From contig RHPI01003244.1 of the NCBI GenBank assembly GCA_009103225.1, positions 124,001-188,000 of the forward strand: 64,000 bases of DNA, given 5' to 3'. Below, piece by piece: positions 23,677-37,395 of the stretch. The position numbers and the translations under genes are program-made. Within the stretch, counting starts at the first letter, position 1. Each line of letters starts with the position of its first letter. This stretch comes from Chlorokybus atmophyticus. Lineage: Eukaryota; Plantae; Mesostigma and Chlorokybus algae. The notes beneath the pieces are model-generated. The model made no database searches. It had not been told where the DNA came from and worked only from the letters and a program-made list of their open reading frames with translations.

Positions 23677-24784
23677 AGTAGGTACTTCTAGCAGCCATAG
23701 GGAAGCTCCGCTCCCCGTGCAAGTGTGCACAGGCTGACACAAGGTGGATCCCATAACAATAAGGAGGTGGAAGCCCTTCGGAACTCTTAAGAGACAAACT
23801 AACAGCACGCACAAACAGCGTGATCGCTCTATGTGTGACTAAAAGTGTGCCACAAAGTGTGTGTGCACCCTCGTGGTGCTGTTTACCTACTATGGTCGCT
23901 GTTGTCAGCAGCATATACTATATGCTGACTATATGCAGCATGTAGTACATGCTGCATGGCGGCAATGAAACAAGGCTGTCAAAAAGCATGTGTGCATGCG
24001 TACATGCAACCGGGTATTCAGAGAGACAGAAAAAGTGGGCGGGGGTGGAGAACTTGCGTGGAGTGTGAGAGAGAAGTAGAAACAGACAGAGAAGCCGCGC
24101 GCGTGCATGTGTGCTACCAGCACACACGGAAGTGCTTACCAGTTCTGAATGCCACATTCAATAAGTCAGCAACTAACAAGGCCACCGCGGCACTTGCCAA
24201 GAGCAGATAGAACTTGTGTTGAGTGTTGAACTGCAATAACTAACTGCTCTGCAGCGCGCTGTGTGATGCACTGCAGCGTCGACAGCATAGCTCCTGTAGG
24301 CTATGACCTGTCGCAGAGATCAAGATTGGTCCACCCAATAAAGCTCACATCGCATGGCGTGCTTAAGGGAGGCGGGGAGGAAGGGGCTGCAAGCGTCTGT
24401 CAATCCTCTAGTGCTGCTTTGTTTATCAACAACCATTGTCATCTAAACTGGACCTCATGTTAGGCTACGCTAGGCGATTGGATAGCACATTGCGTACTCG
24501 GCTGCAGATAATCTTGAGCCAAATACTGATTGAGTTCCGTAGTTTGTCGCCTCTTGATGTAAAAAAATTAATCTAGAAGAGAGCAATTACAGGCTCACTT
24601 AAAGGGTTGGCCAGTCATGTACTTTTAAATACTTTGTAGCAAATGTCAACGCAACGTGCAAGTTTCTTTCCATATCTCACCACACACGCTTTGTCATATC
24701 ATCATATGCTACAGGAAACCGCCTGCCACTGATTGGCATCTGTTACATCTATCTTGCCTTGCACACGTACTTGTGCGAATTGCG

Positions 24785-24906
24785 CCCCCCCCCCCCCCCC
24801 CCCCCCCCCCCCCNNNNNNNNNNNNNNNNNNNNNNNNNNNNNNNNNNNNNNNNNNNNNNNNNNNNNNNNNNNNNNNNNNNNNNNNNNNNGGGGGGGGGGG
24901 GGGGGG
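24785..24906. other. Assembly gap (N 24814-24889) flanked by poly-C and poly-G; a second gap lies at 45707-45764
   Basis: Runs of N. Confidence 0.97.
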
Positions 24907-25359
24907 ATATTTATGCACAAATAAAGTACGCACATAACCGGTTGCTGGCAGCCCCGGGCCCTCTTCTTTGGCAGTAGTCAAAGTGCCTTGTTTTACATGG
25001 CATTGACACACCAAGCTGATGTTTGGTTTATATCTGCTATCATGCTGTGCTATGCCTGTTTTATTTTTACATTTTATGATTCGATTTCAACCATGCATGT
25101 TTTGTAGCAAAATGTACATACAATATCGATGATACGAGTTGGTAATGTTAACAATTGATTGACATTCATTCGGTTGTATGGGTTGTTACGTCATAACATA
25201 AAAAAATGCGTTGTTTAATGCATAGTTTATCATCGTGACGTCTTGCAGAGATAGTATACAAATTACTAAACATTATTCAATTACCGTAATTACCCGTACA
25301 GAAGCCCCCCCTACTACAAGCCCCTTTGGCAAAAAAGGGTGGGGGCTTGTGTAAACTTT

Positions 25360-25440
25360 ACACAAGTACCGCATTTACCCGCATATAGCCTCCCCGGTTC
25401 AACCGGAGAGGCTATACGCGGGTAAATGCGGTACTTGTGT
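25360..25440 (-). repeat. Near-perfect inverted repeat with 40-bp arms and a 1-nt centre
   Basis: Arms 25360-25399 and 25401-25440; two A/C mismatches that become G-U pairs on the minus strand. Confidence 0.95.
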
Positions 25441-25502
25441 GGCACATCACACATTATGAATTATCTCAAGTACATCATATATCATATATCATCTCTCCAC
25501 TA

Positions 25503-25754
25503 TGTAAATGATGAACTTGAAACTCGTCAATGCGGCGGTGCTAAAGCTCTATCAGATGATTTGTCAATCGTCATTCACGCCAACGACAGAAATTAGTGTC
25601 AATGTATGACTGTTGTTAACACACTTTCGTATCATTGAAAGCCCCATTTTAAGGGTACTTACGGCCCTTCACTATACAAGAGGGGGGCGTCGGCGTAGCT
25701 GGTGGTGGTGTTGGGGTAGGGGATTAGCGGGAGGAGGGGCACTCCCCCCTTACA
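25503..25754 (+). mobile_element. Probable solo LTR (252 bp) related to the element 1 LTR
   Basis: TGTAA...TTACA termini; ACTA on both flanks (4-bp TSD candidate); 25698-25726 is identical over 29 nt to the reverse complement of 2293-2321; no PBS follows. Confidence 0.7.
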
Positions 25755-27589
25755 ACTACTTCTCACCCTACCTCTACTGCCCCCCATTCACCGCGGGAAT
25801 ATGTGTCAAACCATGTGTGGTGCGGACGTCCGCACCAGGGGGCAATAGCGGGCGATGGAAGCCCGCGAACCAGGGTTAAACCCGGCGTATAACCGCGAAA
25901 ACCAACCATGGTTTGCGGTTCCTTGATTGTCACCGCTGGTTGGGCACTTCCACGCCATCATTNTGACTATTTTGCTGTTTTTGATGCGAGATAGTGTCTC
26001 ATCAACACATTGTGTGCTGCCACGTCGCTGCGGCTCTGGCTGCGGCACCGGCAGTTCAAGCAGTTAGAGGTGGGTTGATGCAGTAATCTTTAACATTGGC
26101 ATGCGTACTTGTGTTGTCTACAATGCGATGTTACGAGCTAAAGCGTGGCGTTGGCCTGGCAGTGTGTGCGTGTGCAGTCTGCATTGTGATGCAGGCATTA
26201 TACAATGACAATTACATTACATTGCAATACAACCACAAGCAGTCGTTGAGCATCATGCTGTCTGTTCTGTGACTATTGTATTGCATATGAAGCTGCTTTT
26301 GCGCCTCTCTCATACTGTTGTATAACATGTGGCTACATATCAACAGATGACATGGGAGGCCTACCCAATGCTTGTGAGCCTCGTTTATGTCCATATAAGC
26401 AGGCTTGTTGTTAGCCATGCTCTTGTCATAGCTTTTAATGGCTATAAATATGATTCATTTCACGGCGTCCTCAACATGCAGTTGTTGCAGTAATGTGTGC
26501 GTGTGTGCGTGTGTGGACATGAGCTCATGCACTCAAGGCAAATGGACTCTGGTGTTTTCAACCATTCTCCGTCATCATCTTGTAGTTGATAGCTAAGCAT
26601 TAGCTATTTGCTGAGCAAATAAATTATATCAATCCACTTTGACACCCTTGTGCTATACACACCATGTGCCGTGCCATCATAATCGACAATTCAAGCGCGG
26701 ATGCGCTGATAATTTTTCCAAGCCGCTAGGAGTAGCTTGGTCTTGTAAACAGACCACTCTTCTCCCTCTAGATTTTGTGGCGCCATCTGCGCCACAACAA
26801 CTGCAATAAGTACAATTGCATGCTAGATTTATAGACTGTGTAAATCTGATGGATCAATGCATGCTTGCAATTGTGTTTTAATGCTGGTTTTTGTCTTGAA
26901 TAGCTTTCGACGATGCGAGGCTGTTGACAAGACTGGTCATCAATCTGGGCAAAATTGGTGCAGCATGCACAGAGCTAGCGGCTTACGTATTTGCAATCAA
27001 TCGACACTGCGACAAAGCAAGACGCCATTCGAAAGACCGCACGCCAACGTGTGTTGCTTGCTGCCAATGTTTGGAACATAATTATTCGATCTTGATGCGT
27101 GCTTTTTAGATAACATGCCATCTTGTGCCTAACACAAACTGCTCAACCCAAACGGTTTGGTTTAAGCAGTTTTTGGGTGTGTAGTCAGCGTCCCTTTAGT
27201 ATAGCACACATAAATGTGCCAGGGTAGTCACAACACGATGTTGACATACCGCTAGAGTTATTAGGTGAATTGGCATGTAATGATTCACACCACACCTACC
27301 CACATTTTTGCAGGCTATTCTAAAGAACAAGCGAGTGGCCACTTGCCATTGCACTGCACCGCGTGAGATACGGCACTCAGGAACGAACTTTGAGCAAAAT
27401 GTTTTGTGTTAGCGTAACTTACGCTACATGAGCTTCTGTTTATTACATTGTGTACGAGGTCTTAACAGCCTTGGCGGAGAGGGTGTGCACCAGCGTGGCA
27501 TGGCATGCACGGGAGCGCATGCGTGCCATCATTACAAAGTACAGGTTCAGAAATGGGATGATTATGCCAGTGGTGAGACCATTGTGATG

Positions 27590-28150
27590 TTATGGCGCAT
27601 TTAATGGGACGCACATTTCAATTATTACTATTAAGACAGAGATACCGCAAGCTCCATAGCACTACAATCGTAAGGGTTTTTACAATATCGTGGTGCAGGT
27701 GCGTCATGATGCATATACTGCATGCTCAGGGTGTGCTGCTGAATTGCACACATATGTGATGCTTTATACACATGTGCAGGCTATCGTGGATGTGAGTAAG
27801 GGTTCATTAATGACAGCCTTGAGATGCTGGTCAATGTGCATGATGCCGTGTCTTCACCTACTTGCAATATGGTGCAAACATCCACGTCGCAAAAAATTAT
27901 GTAATGCCATATGATGAGCTTGCCTGTAGGTGATGTAAAGAGTTTGCAAGTGTAAGTGTCATGAGACATCATGCCTACAATTTTGATTGCTTGCAGACGA
28001 GGGGATGCAGCCCTACGTAGCGCCGTATACCAATGATGTAGTACATCATTGATAACGTTACATATTGTATATATTCTGCATTTAATAACCTGATCACACC
28101 ATATTTTGCGGCTTCGGGTGGTGGTAATTTGACTAAATAATTGTTTTATT
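27590..28150 (+). pseudogene. PIF/Harbinger-type DDE transposase remnant with an intron (27699-27779)
   Basis: GAFNGTHISI...HYNRKGFYNIVVQ spliced to AIVD...VHDA...LITPY matches the Harbinger DGTH / YNRKGF / QAIVD / HDA / TPY pattern; stops and frameshifts are present. Confidence 0.75.
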
Positions 28151-29531
28151 AATGTGGATTTCAGTTTCAAGTTCATTCACGCATGAGCCCGCATGTGTGG
28201 AGCATGAGCTATACAAGAATCATGCAAGGCACACACAAACACACAGCATTCACACGTGCAAACACATGCACAACATCAAGCAAGCAATCAAATTAACACA
28301 GAGGGCATACAGGCACTAGCTATGTGCACTAATTAAGTGCGTGCAAGGGGTGAAGATGAGGGCGGGTGAGCAGGCAGGGCAGAGCATGGCAAAGGCGCGC
28401 AAAGAACCACCACTCATGGTGGCGCAGCGACGGGCGTTAGACGTCGCAGTCCTCGCAGGTGCACAGTAGCAGCTGCAGTAAGCAGGTAGCAAGGCAGCAT
28501 GGCGAGGGCGGGGTGAGGGATGATGTGCTGTGCGGTGTTGTGGTTGGCGTTGCAGTGCACCCGTTACATGTAGTAGTGTATAATGTAAGACCCGCCATAA
28601 GCAGCATGCAGTCGATATATACAACTTGACAATGCATATCAATTGCATGTACCCATGAACCAAGTTTTGTGTAAGACCAATGTCATTCAACATGTGCTTT
28701 CTGAAGTCAATGACGCACGTTGTCTACTTCTATGAGCGTGGACCTGTCACTTGCCAGAAGAATACCACCAAGATGCGGAGGAAGACGAAGAAGTCTCCGC
28801 TAAGAGTTTAACCCAAGTATCGCCAGTTGCACCTACAGGCTTGCACCAAAGGTGCAACTTGCACCGCTAGCAGCCTGGCGCACACGAGTCGTGCTGCACG
28901 AGAGTGCAGTTTCTCCTGATGATTGCTAGCGCGGCAGCCGCGCAAAACGGATAACTCGCGCATTACCCCACATAAACAACAACAGCGTTTCGCGGTTTTC
29001 AAGGCTCGGCGGCGCTTTTTCTGAGGTTTGCAGTCTGCAACTTGCAGAGTTTGCGGAGTAATTTCTGGAATCGGGGCGCAAAAGCGTAAAAGTTTGATTG
29101 TGCTATATGCTTAAAAAGCGCTGGTCCCGCGTCAGATCTTTTGTCCGCATCCATCCGCCATTCGGTCTTACAGCCGCCGCCGGGTGGCAGTCGATCCGCT
29201 CCTTGCCAAGCGCTTGCCACCGGCCCCCGCTCAGATCTTTCAAGAAACCCGCTTAAGACCAGACCGGTTGTTAAGCGCAGTTACTGTTTTTTCTTGCAGC
29301 GCATTTTACGTTCGATATGACACTGACCTAACCAGAAACGCATTGACTTGTAAGTCACAAGTTGTGACTCAAACACTTATGACATCCGCGGCGTGAGCTC
29401 GATATTCGACAGATTTAACCGCGCGTGGTTAGCTTTAGCCACGTTGAGGTTGCCAGCATGCATAGCTCATACATATGCTACGCTGGGCGTCAAGTGTGCA
29501 TTGCAGAGCTTTTCTTTGCGCTTGTTGCTAG

Positions 29532-30978
<1,447 letters not shown>

Positions 30979-31177
30979 GGGCTCTTATGATCTCCGGCCT
31001 GCACGGTTGTTGTCACGCGCACATGTTCATGCTGTACATAGTCGCACCGCTGCTGCTGTACATTCTCGCACCTTCTTCGGCATGCCCTAGTCTGTAGCTG
31101 ACTGATTCTTGTTGTACACTAGCACACTGTTCTCATTGCGGACGCATTGTTCCGTGCTATTGATACACTGAAAGAAT

Positions 31178-31312
31178 CAGCGCTGGGGGTGCTTGAGTTG
31201 GTGCTGGCAGCAGTCGGTAAAACGACTGGTGAGCTGACCAACCAGGCTGAGATCGGATTTTCCGGGACCCTTCGAACCTGACCAGGGTAATACCTGCGAA
31301 GGGAAGTTGCTG
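31178..31312 (+). ncRNA. TPP riboswitch aptamer in the THI4 3' region
   Basis: GGGGGUGCUUG...CAGGCUGAGA (31185-31252), ACCCUUCGAACCUGACCAGGGUAAUACCUGCGAAGGGAAG (31267-31306); P1 CAGCGCU/AGUUGCUG; extended P3 with GUUGGU/ACCAAC and a CAGUCG-GUAAAA-CGACUG hairpin. Confidence 0.95.
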
Positions 31313-32479
31313 GATTCATTTCAATAACCTCATTGTGGACATTGCCGCGTGTGGTTGGTGTTCATGTCCTGTTGGGTTACTAGGTGTGGTGACCAAGTAT
31401 GGTGGTCTGTTGATTTGGCCAGAAAATGTTTTGCGCTGTATTCCGCTCAGAGCTGGTGGTTGTTTGTCCTATGTATGATTAGAAATTTTGTACAAAATGC
31501 CTCATAACTTGCATGCAAGATGTGACATGCATAATCACTTGGTGTCATTCACCCGCTGCAGTACGTACATCGCCCGCAGATTGTGATAGAGGTGAGTGTG
31601 GTTGCAGTCAAGTATGTGGCGGGCAAGTTGCATGCATTACGTTACACAACCTCATATGTTTAACTTAACCCTAACCAGCCCAGCACCCGAACTGATCACA
31701 GCATAACCTTTGCGGAGGATACTGGACTAGGCACTGCTGACGATTGTGTAATGCAACTACGACATAACCCAGCAACCATGCTGCGTCGCTAGCAGAGGGT
31801 GAGGAAGGAGGTGGTAACCAGGGAGAGAGGGAGGGGTGGTTGTAGTCGCCAATGTGCATGCTGTCTGCGTGACCGAAAGCGCAAACAATTTACAACGCCC
31901 ATGTGGTGACTACCAACTGCATATTGGCTGCTGCATGTCCAACGGGGTAGAGGTAGTAGCTTCGCGTGCTAGTAGTAGCCCGGTGGTCAACTAAATGTCA
32001 TTTGTACGCACCTTGCATGTATTGCTGCGTGCAAACTGGATCACACATTGTGCATGCGCATGCATGTCCTGCATTTGATGTACATAGCAAACAGCATGTT
32101 GTCTAATCCTTGAGCTATACTACCTACGCATTGCTGGCCGTAGTTAGAACCCACCCCCGTTGGCCAGGCAGAGCATAGCACCGACTGTAAAGACATAAAG
32201 TCAACACCAACGTTGAATTGGCAAGCCATACAAGCTCATCTGGATGTTCACCTACATTAGCAACTACTAGTTCTGCGCCCCACACGCAACAAAATACAAC
32301 GCATTCTGCATGCCCTGTTCAGGGCACCTCTCGCCGATCCGAGTCCATCACGCTATCTACGTGATCTACTTTCTCAATGGTGTCAAGAAGAGCTATGTGG
32401 CCATGAATGTGCATTCGGCTTTTCAGCGTCTCTAATAACGCTGGCTTGCTGCACGTCGTGACTGTGCCACATTGTTGGG

Positions 32480-35047
32480 ACTGATAATGCGCACCCTGCC
32501 TGCAATCGGGGTGTTTCACAACTGGAGTCGTGCCCCCCCTGGCCCGGCGAAAGCAACACAGCTTGGCACCTTCGGGCTGCACAGAGAGAGTGGTTATGGA
32601 CGCAACGCTCAAGGACTGCGGTACCACGCGGATACAATGTCGAACATGCCCCTTACAAGCGAGCAAGGCTGCCACACTGGCGCCGCCAACAACTGCGTCA
32701 CCAACAACAACCATCGCACCATGAACAGCTGGCAGAATCTTTGAATACAGAGATTTATTGCGACGCATCCAGCTGCTAGCTGAACGCATGCAGTCTGCTC
32801 AGTTCACCCTCGCCAATCTACTCAACTTCAAGCTACAGAACTTGCACAAGATGCTGGCTGTGCTGCAGCATACAGCACCAGAAGATCTGCAAGTACTACC
32901 CGCCCATGCACACGCTTTGACAGGTGTAATCCAGCGCCTGCTGCTGAACTACCCCACGGCGTTGCCGCAAACCCGCAATGCCCGCCTGTTGGTAGCTTGC
33001 CCATTTGCCAATGGCGCAGCTGGATGCGCTGGAACTGCAAAAGCTGCTGTCACACCCCACAGTGCTGGACACGCTGCCAAGACAAGTGCGCACACGCCTC
33101 GGCCACCCGCTGGTGGTGTGGCGTTGCAGCCAAACAGTAGGGCGCATGTTGTGCAATCGGACCAAAGATGTGTTGCAATCGACTGCGCAGCAACACGTGG
33201 AAGTGATGGAATCTGCTAACTGCATCTGCACCTCGCTACGATGGAGAACACAGGTGCAGCATGTAGTCAGCTGCGACTACAACCGAATGACAGACTCAGC
33301 GTGAGGTGCTGCAACGTGGTGGCAAGTTCCGCAACCAGGTGCCAGCAGATATTGACATGTGCTTGCTAGCCATTGCGTCGGCAGTGCACCGCTTTGCCAA
33401 TGACCTCGAGGACTACTGGGGACAGCCGTTCATCCTGCAGCAGTGGGTGACAACGTTGTTACGCTTGGTGAACGAGCGTGCGGCAGTTATTGCTGCGGCC
33501 CCTGAGTACCAACAGCAAAGCAGTCAATCACACAGAGTGACAGCGTTGGATGTTGCGGCCTTGCCACAGCGGCATTTTCAGTTCATCATCACAGAAGTGG
33601 ACAACTGTAGCGGCACCCTCGTAGCCGTGTGCAAGGAACACTATCTGCTCTGCTTGACCATGGAGCTATGTACTAGTACATATGTGCGTAAAGATGTACC
33701 GTCTCACATCGTACTGCAACAGCACGCGGAGTGGAACCATGCGCACAGTTTCCAAAGGCCAAGCCTTAGCAAGCCCCAAGGCTGCCGCATTTGTACATGT
33801 ACACATGCGGCAGCCTTGGGGCTTGCTACTGCACAAAGATCCTCCGAAACCCCGCTTCATAGCGGCAGCCTCAGAGACCTCATTAACAGATGCCAGGGTG
33901 TGGCTGACAAGAGTGTACCAAGCCATGGTCCCCATGGTCTGGCATGACTTGTGGGCGGACACGGTGGGCCTGCCCGACGTGCACTACAGTTGGATCATCA
34001 CTGATCAGCTGGCGTTCGGTAGATTGCAATCGGTGTGCAATACCACTCGCACAGCCAACGATAAACGGCGGCATCTGCAGCTCCAAACCTATGACTTTAC
34101 TACGCTGTACACGCAGATACAGCATGAGGCGTTTAGTGGACTCCACCAAACGCCTCGTAGCATCTGATGCCACGTTCGACATGTAGTGGAAGCGACAGCG
34201 CGCAACCCACTTACACCTCAATGTTCAAACAGACACTTTGGTGCGACATCACTGTAGCGCTGGCGCGCAATACACCTCCGACGACGACATCAACTGGCGC
34301 ACGGTCACCGTGCAGTCGCAGAGTGACATGCTGCAGTACTTGCTACGCAACTGGTACATCCGCACGAGCAGTGGCGAACTGTACAGGCAGCAAGTGCGAA
34401 TCCTGATGGGCAATAATGCTGGCGTGCACTTGGCCAATGGCTACTTGTTGACTTATGAGATGGACTTCATGCAACGGCTGCGCATGCAGGGCCACGGACA
34501 CTTAATGGGGCAGTACGCTCGCAGCGTCCTACGCTGCATTGATGATTTGTTTGTGGTGGCCATTCCGGACTTTGAGTGATTGCTGTATTTGGATCCAACC
34601 ATGCCCGGAGGTGGGCTCTATCCGCGGGACATCCTCACGGTGTCGCGCACAGCGATGGGTGAAGCACTCCCCTTGTTGGACTTGTCCATATTCCAAACCG
34701 CAAATGGCATCTGTACCAAACTGTACAGCAAAAAGGAGCTGCCAGCCTTCCGCAGTATTCCACGTCACAGAGCACCATTGCCAGCTTCCAACATACCAAA
34801 CAGCGTGAAGCTTGGTGTGGTCGAGTCACAGTACACCCGGTTTGTACGCCGATGTACATACATGACGCACTTCATCACAGCCATGGCGGACTTACTGCAC
34901 GCCATGCATGCCGACGGCCATTCGCTGAGAAAGCTGTTGGCGACGCTGCGACAAAGGATGTCAAAGACAGATGCATACGTCTACTGCACGGCACCAATGC
35001 TGCTCTACATGATGGTGGTCAAGTACTTGCAGCAGCACTACCGGTGA
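32480..35047 (+). mobile_element. Penelope-like retroelement remnant A (RT pseudogene, Naiad/Chlamys-like N-terminal region)
   Basis: HPLVVWRC...CIC...QHVVSCD...RGGKFRN, AVCKEHYLLCLTMEL, TYDFTTLYTQI, QQVRILMGNN, LRCIDDLF, LPLLDLSI, TKLYSK, SNIPNSVKLGVVESQ; several frameshifts and stops. Confidence 0.8.
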
Positions 35048-36049
35048 TGAGCGACAGATGCACTGCATGGGGAGCAGGCTGTTGGTAACACAGCGTGCCC
35101 GTGCGAAGGAAGGAGGACACAAATCCCAACCCCACCACCGACACCTAACCGTCAGCAGCGACACTGCGCAACGCAGGGCTGACAGTGCTGGCAATCGCCC
35201 TGCATGCGTTTGCTAGAGGGAGACAGGGCAGAGGGGCGGGGCAGAGGGACCCTGCCACATCAGCAGCGCTGAGGGTTGCAAGTCGCAGCGAACGCGGCCG
35301 AAGAGAAGAGAAGGAGGAGCGGAGGGAGAGAGAGGCGGAGGAGGGACAGGAGCAGGAGGGGGAGAAGGACAAAGAGGGAGACAGAGGGGAAGGGAGAGGG
35401 AGGGGAAGGGGAAGGGAACTCATGGGCTGGCTGCTTACTGCATTGCTACTGCTGCATCGCTACATCTGCTGACTACCGTTGTTGACGCTGCCCTGGTCGT
35501 GTTGTACCGGTAATTACACGTGCATGCATGTGTGTTGCACGGGGTATGGGCAGAGGTGAACTTGGACATCCCGGCGGTGAATATAAGAGTGCGATGGTGT
35601 AGTGTGCGGACTGCACGCATGTTTGCTACATTCGCATGCAGGCCACAGTCCTTGCATACTATATTATACTACTACTACACTACTTGCCTTCCTCATTCGA
35701 TACACAAGCATGCAAGTGTCCCAGTCAGTCACCTGGACAACGGCGTAGGGTTAGCGACTAGCCCTTGGGCCCCAGCAGCAGCAGACCACAAGGCCTCCCT
35801 TCCCTTCCCCCCACACCGCCACCTCCGCCCTCGCTGCACTCACCTACCATGCACTGCAATTGCTGTCGCCAGGTAGCGTTTCCTGCACGTTGCGGTTAGG
35901 ATTAGCTGGCTGCCTGTGCAGTCGAGGTCGTCGCTGTGTGTGCCACTCCTGCGACATGGGCAGGTGGAACTGCTTCCCATGTGCTTTTCAACGACTTTGA
36001 CTCGGTCTTCATTCTGCTCCCGCAGCTGGAGATCGTACACGTGCCTGGT

Positions 36050-37020
36050 ATAGGCTAACGGGGTTGGCGCTAAACCTACTCACTACCCGAACTATGCATG
36101 CATGGTGCCCCCGGCCAAGCACCTCTACCATTTGGCACCAGCAATCAGTCACACACAACGTCGCAACCACCATAGAGCCGACACCCTTTATGTGAGATAC
36201 CACAATGGTGAGACCAGGCATGTTTGGGGTTGTGGCCATAGCAGGTTAAACTCACAGGAAGGTACAACACGTCAGTCAGTTTACACGTGCCACACTGCAT
36301 GTCATGCTGTCGTACTTGGTGGCTAACTTGTACGTGCAGATTGTCACGGATGAGATACGCCAGCAAGCTATTGGTATTCCCATGGGCAACAACGCTGACG
36401 TGTATCTTGCTGACTACCATTGGGGTATGATGAGCTCAAATTTATGCGCAGGCTCCAGGCATTGGGCCAACCAGAACTGCTAGCCAAGGTGGCCATGAGT
36501 ATTGTACGGTATGTGGATGATTTGTTCGTGGTGAATGTACCGGAGTTTGCTGAGTTCATGTATCAGTCACCAACAGCACTCGCGGGTGGCATTTACCCAC
36601 AGCACATTGCCTGAGTCTGCTGCAGGCACTTCGGTGCCTTTCCTGGATATGAATGTGTTGCAGACTCATGATGTGGGCTTGTGTACGAGAGTGTACAGTG
36701 AGCATGCTACCACAGTTCGTGGGAATCCCACGACGGAGAGCGCCACACCCTGCCAGTGACATTGCCAGATCGGCAAAGCATGGTGTAGTCATTTCGCAAT
36801 GCATTCGTTCTGTGAGTTTGTCTACGTATATATAGAGCACATTGCTTGTAAGACCTACATACATTGTTGACATGGATGTATGCAGAAGGCTATGACCTCA
36901 GTCTTGCTGTCGGTGTTGTGCAGGTGGGCTACGAGGCAGCAAGGGCTGGTGTTCGGGGTGACATACAAGCACTTCTATCACCTCATCAAGCGGAGGATGG
37001 ACGTCACTACAGCGACTGAC
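36050..37020 (+). mobile_element. Penelope-like retroelement remnant B (5'-truncated RT pseudogene)
   Basis: IRQQAIGIPMGNN, VRYVDDLFVV, VPFLDMNV, TRVYS, SDIARSAKHGVVISQCIR. Confidence 0.78.
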
Positions 37021-37124
37021 AGGTGAGTCCAGGTAAGAAGAAGAGGTGAGTGCATGCGGGGAGCAGGTTACCTGCCCACATGTAAGTTACCATCGGTGCT
37101 GTGCATGCACATGCTGGTGTGTGG

Positions 37125-37395
37125 CTGGTCTTGCTGGTGCTGGTGCTGTGCATGCTGTGGCTTGTGTTTTGTTCTTTGCGATGCTTGTGATGCTTCAGTT
37201 GTGTTGCTGGTCATGGTCCTAGTGCATGCTGGTGTGGCTTGTGTTGCTCGTCTTGCTGGTGCTGGTGCTGGTGCTGGTGCTGGTGCTGGTGCTGGTGCTG
37301 GTGCTGGTGCTGTGCTGCTGGTGCTGTGCATGCTGTGGCTTGTGTTTTGTTCCTTGCGATGCTTGTGATGCTCCAGTTGTGTTGCTGGTCAGTCA
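37125..37395. repeat. (GCTGGT)n hexamer run within a duplicated segment of about 80 bp
   Basis: gtgctgtgcatgctgtggcttgtgttttgttc.ttgcgatgcttgtgatgct.cagttgtgttgctggtca at about 37142-37211 and about 37321-37391. Confidence 0.85.

Noticed and set aside
25505-25530. ATGATGA-ACTT-GAAAC-TC-GTC at the start of the solo LTR (retrozyme-like minimal hammerhead)
   Set aside because: C3 is absent and no stem I can form.
29354-29371. 17-nt match TCACAAGTTGTGACTCA shared with 51482-51498
   Set aside because: A single short, largely palindromic match with no flanking similarity; plausible by chance in 64 kb.
35043-35092. Degenerate hammerhead at the stop of Penelope-like copy A (GTGATGAG...stem...GTAAC)
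   Set aside because: Two core substitutions and no convincing stem I or III. An intact family copy would be needed to test it.
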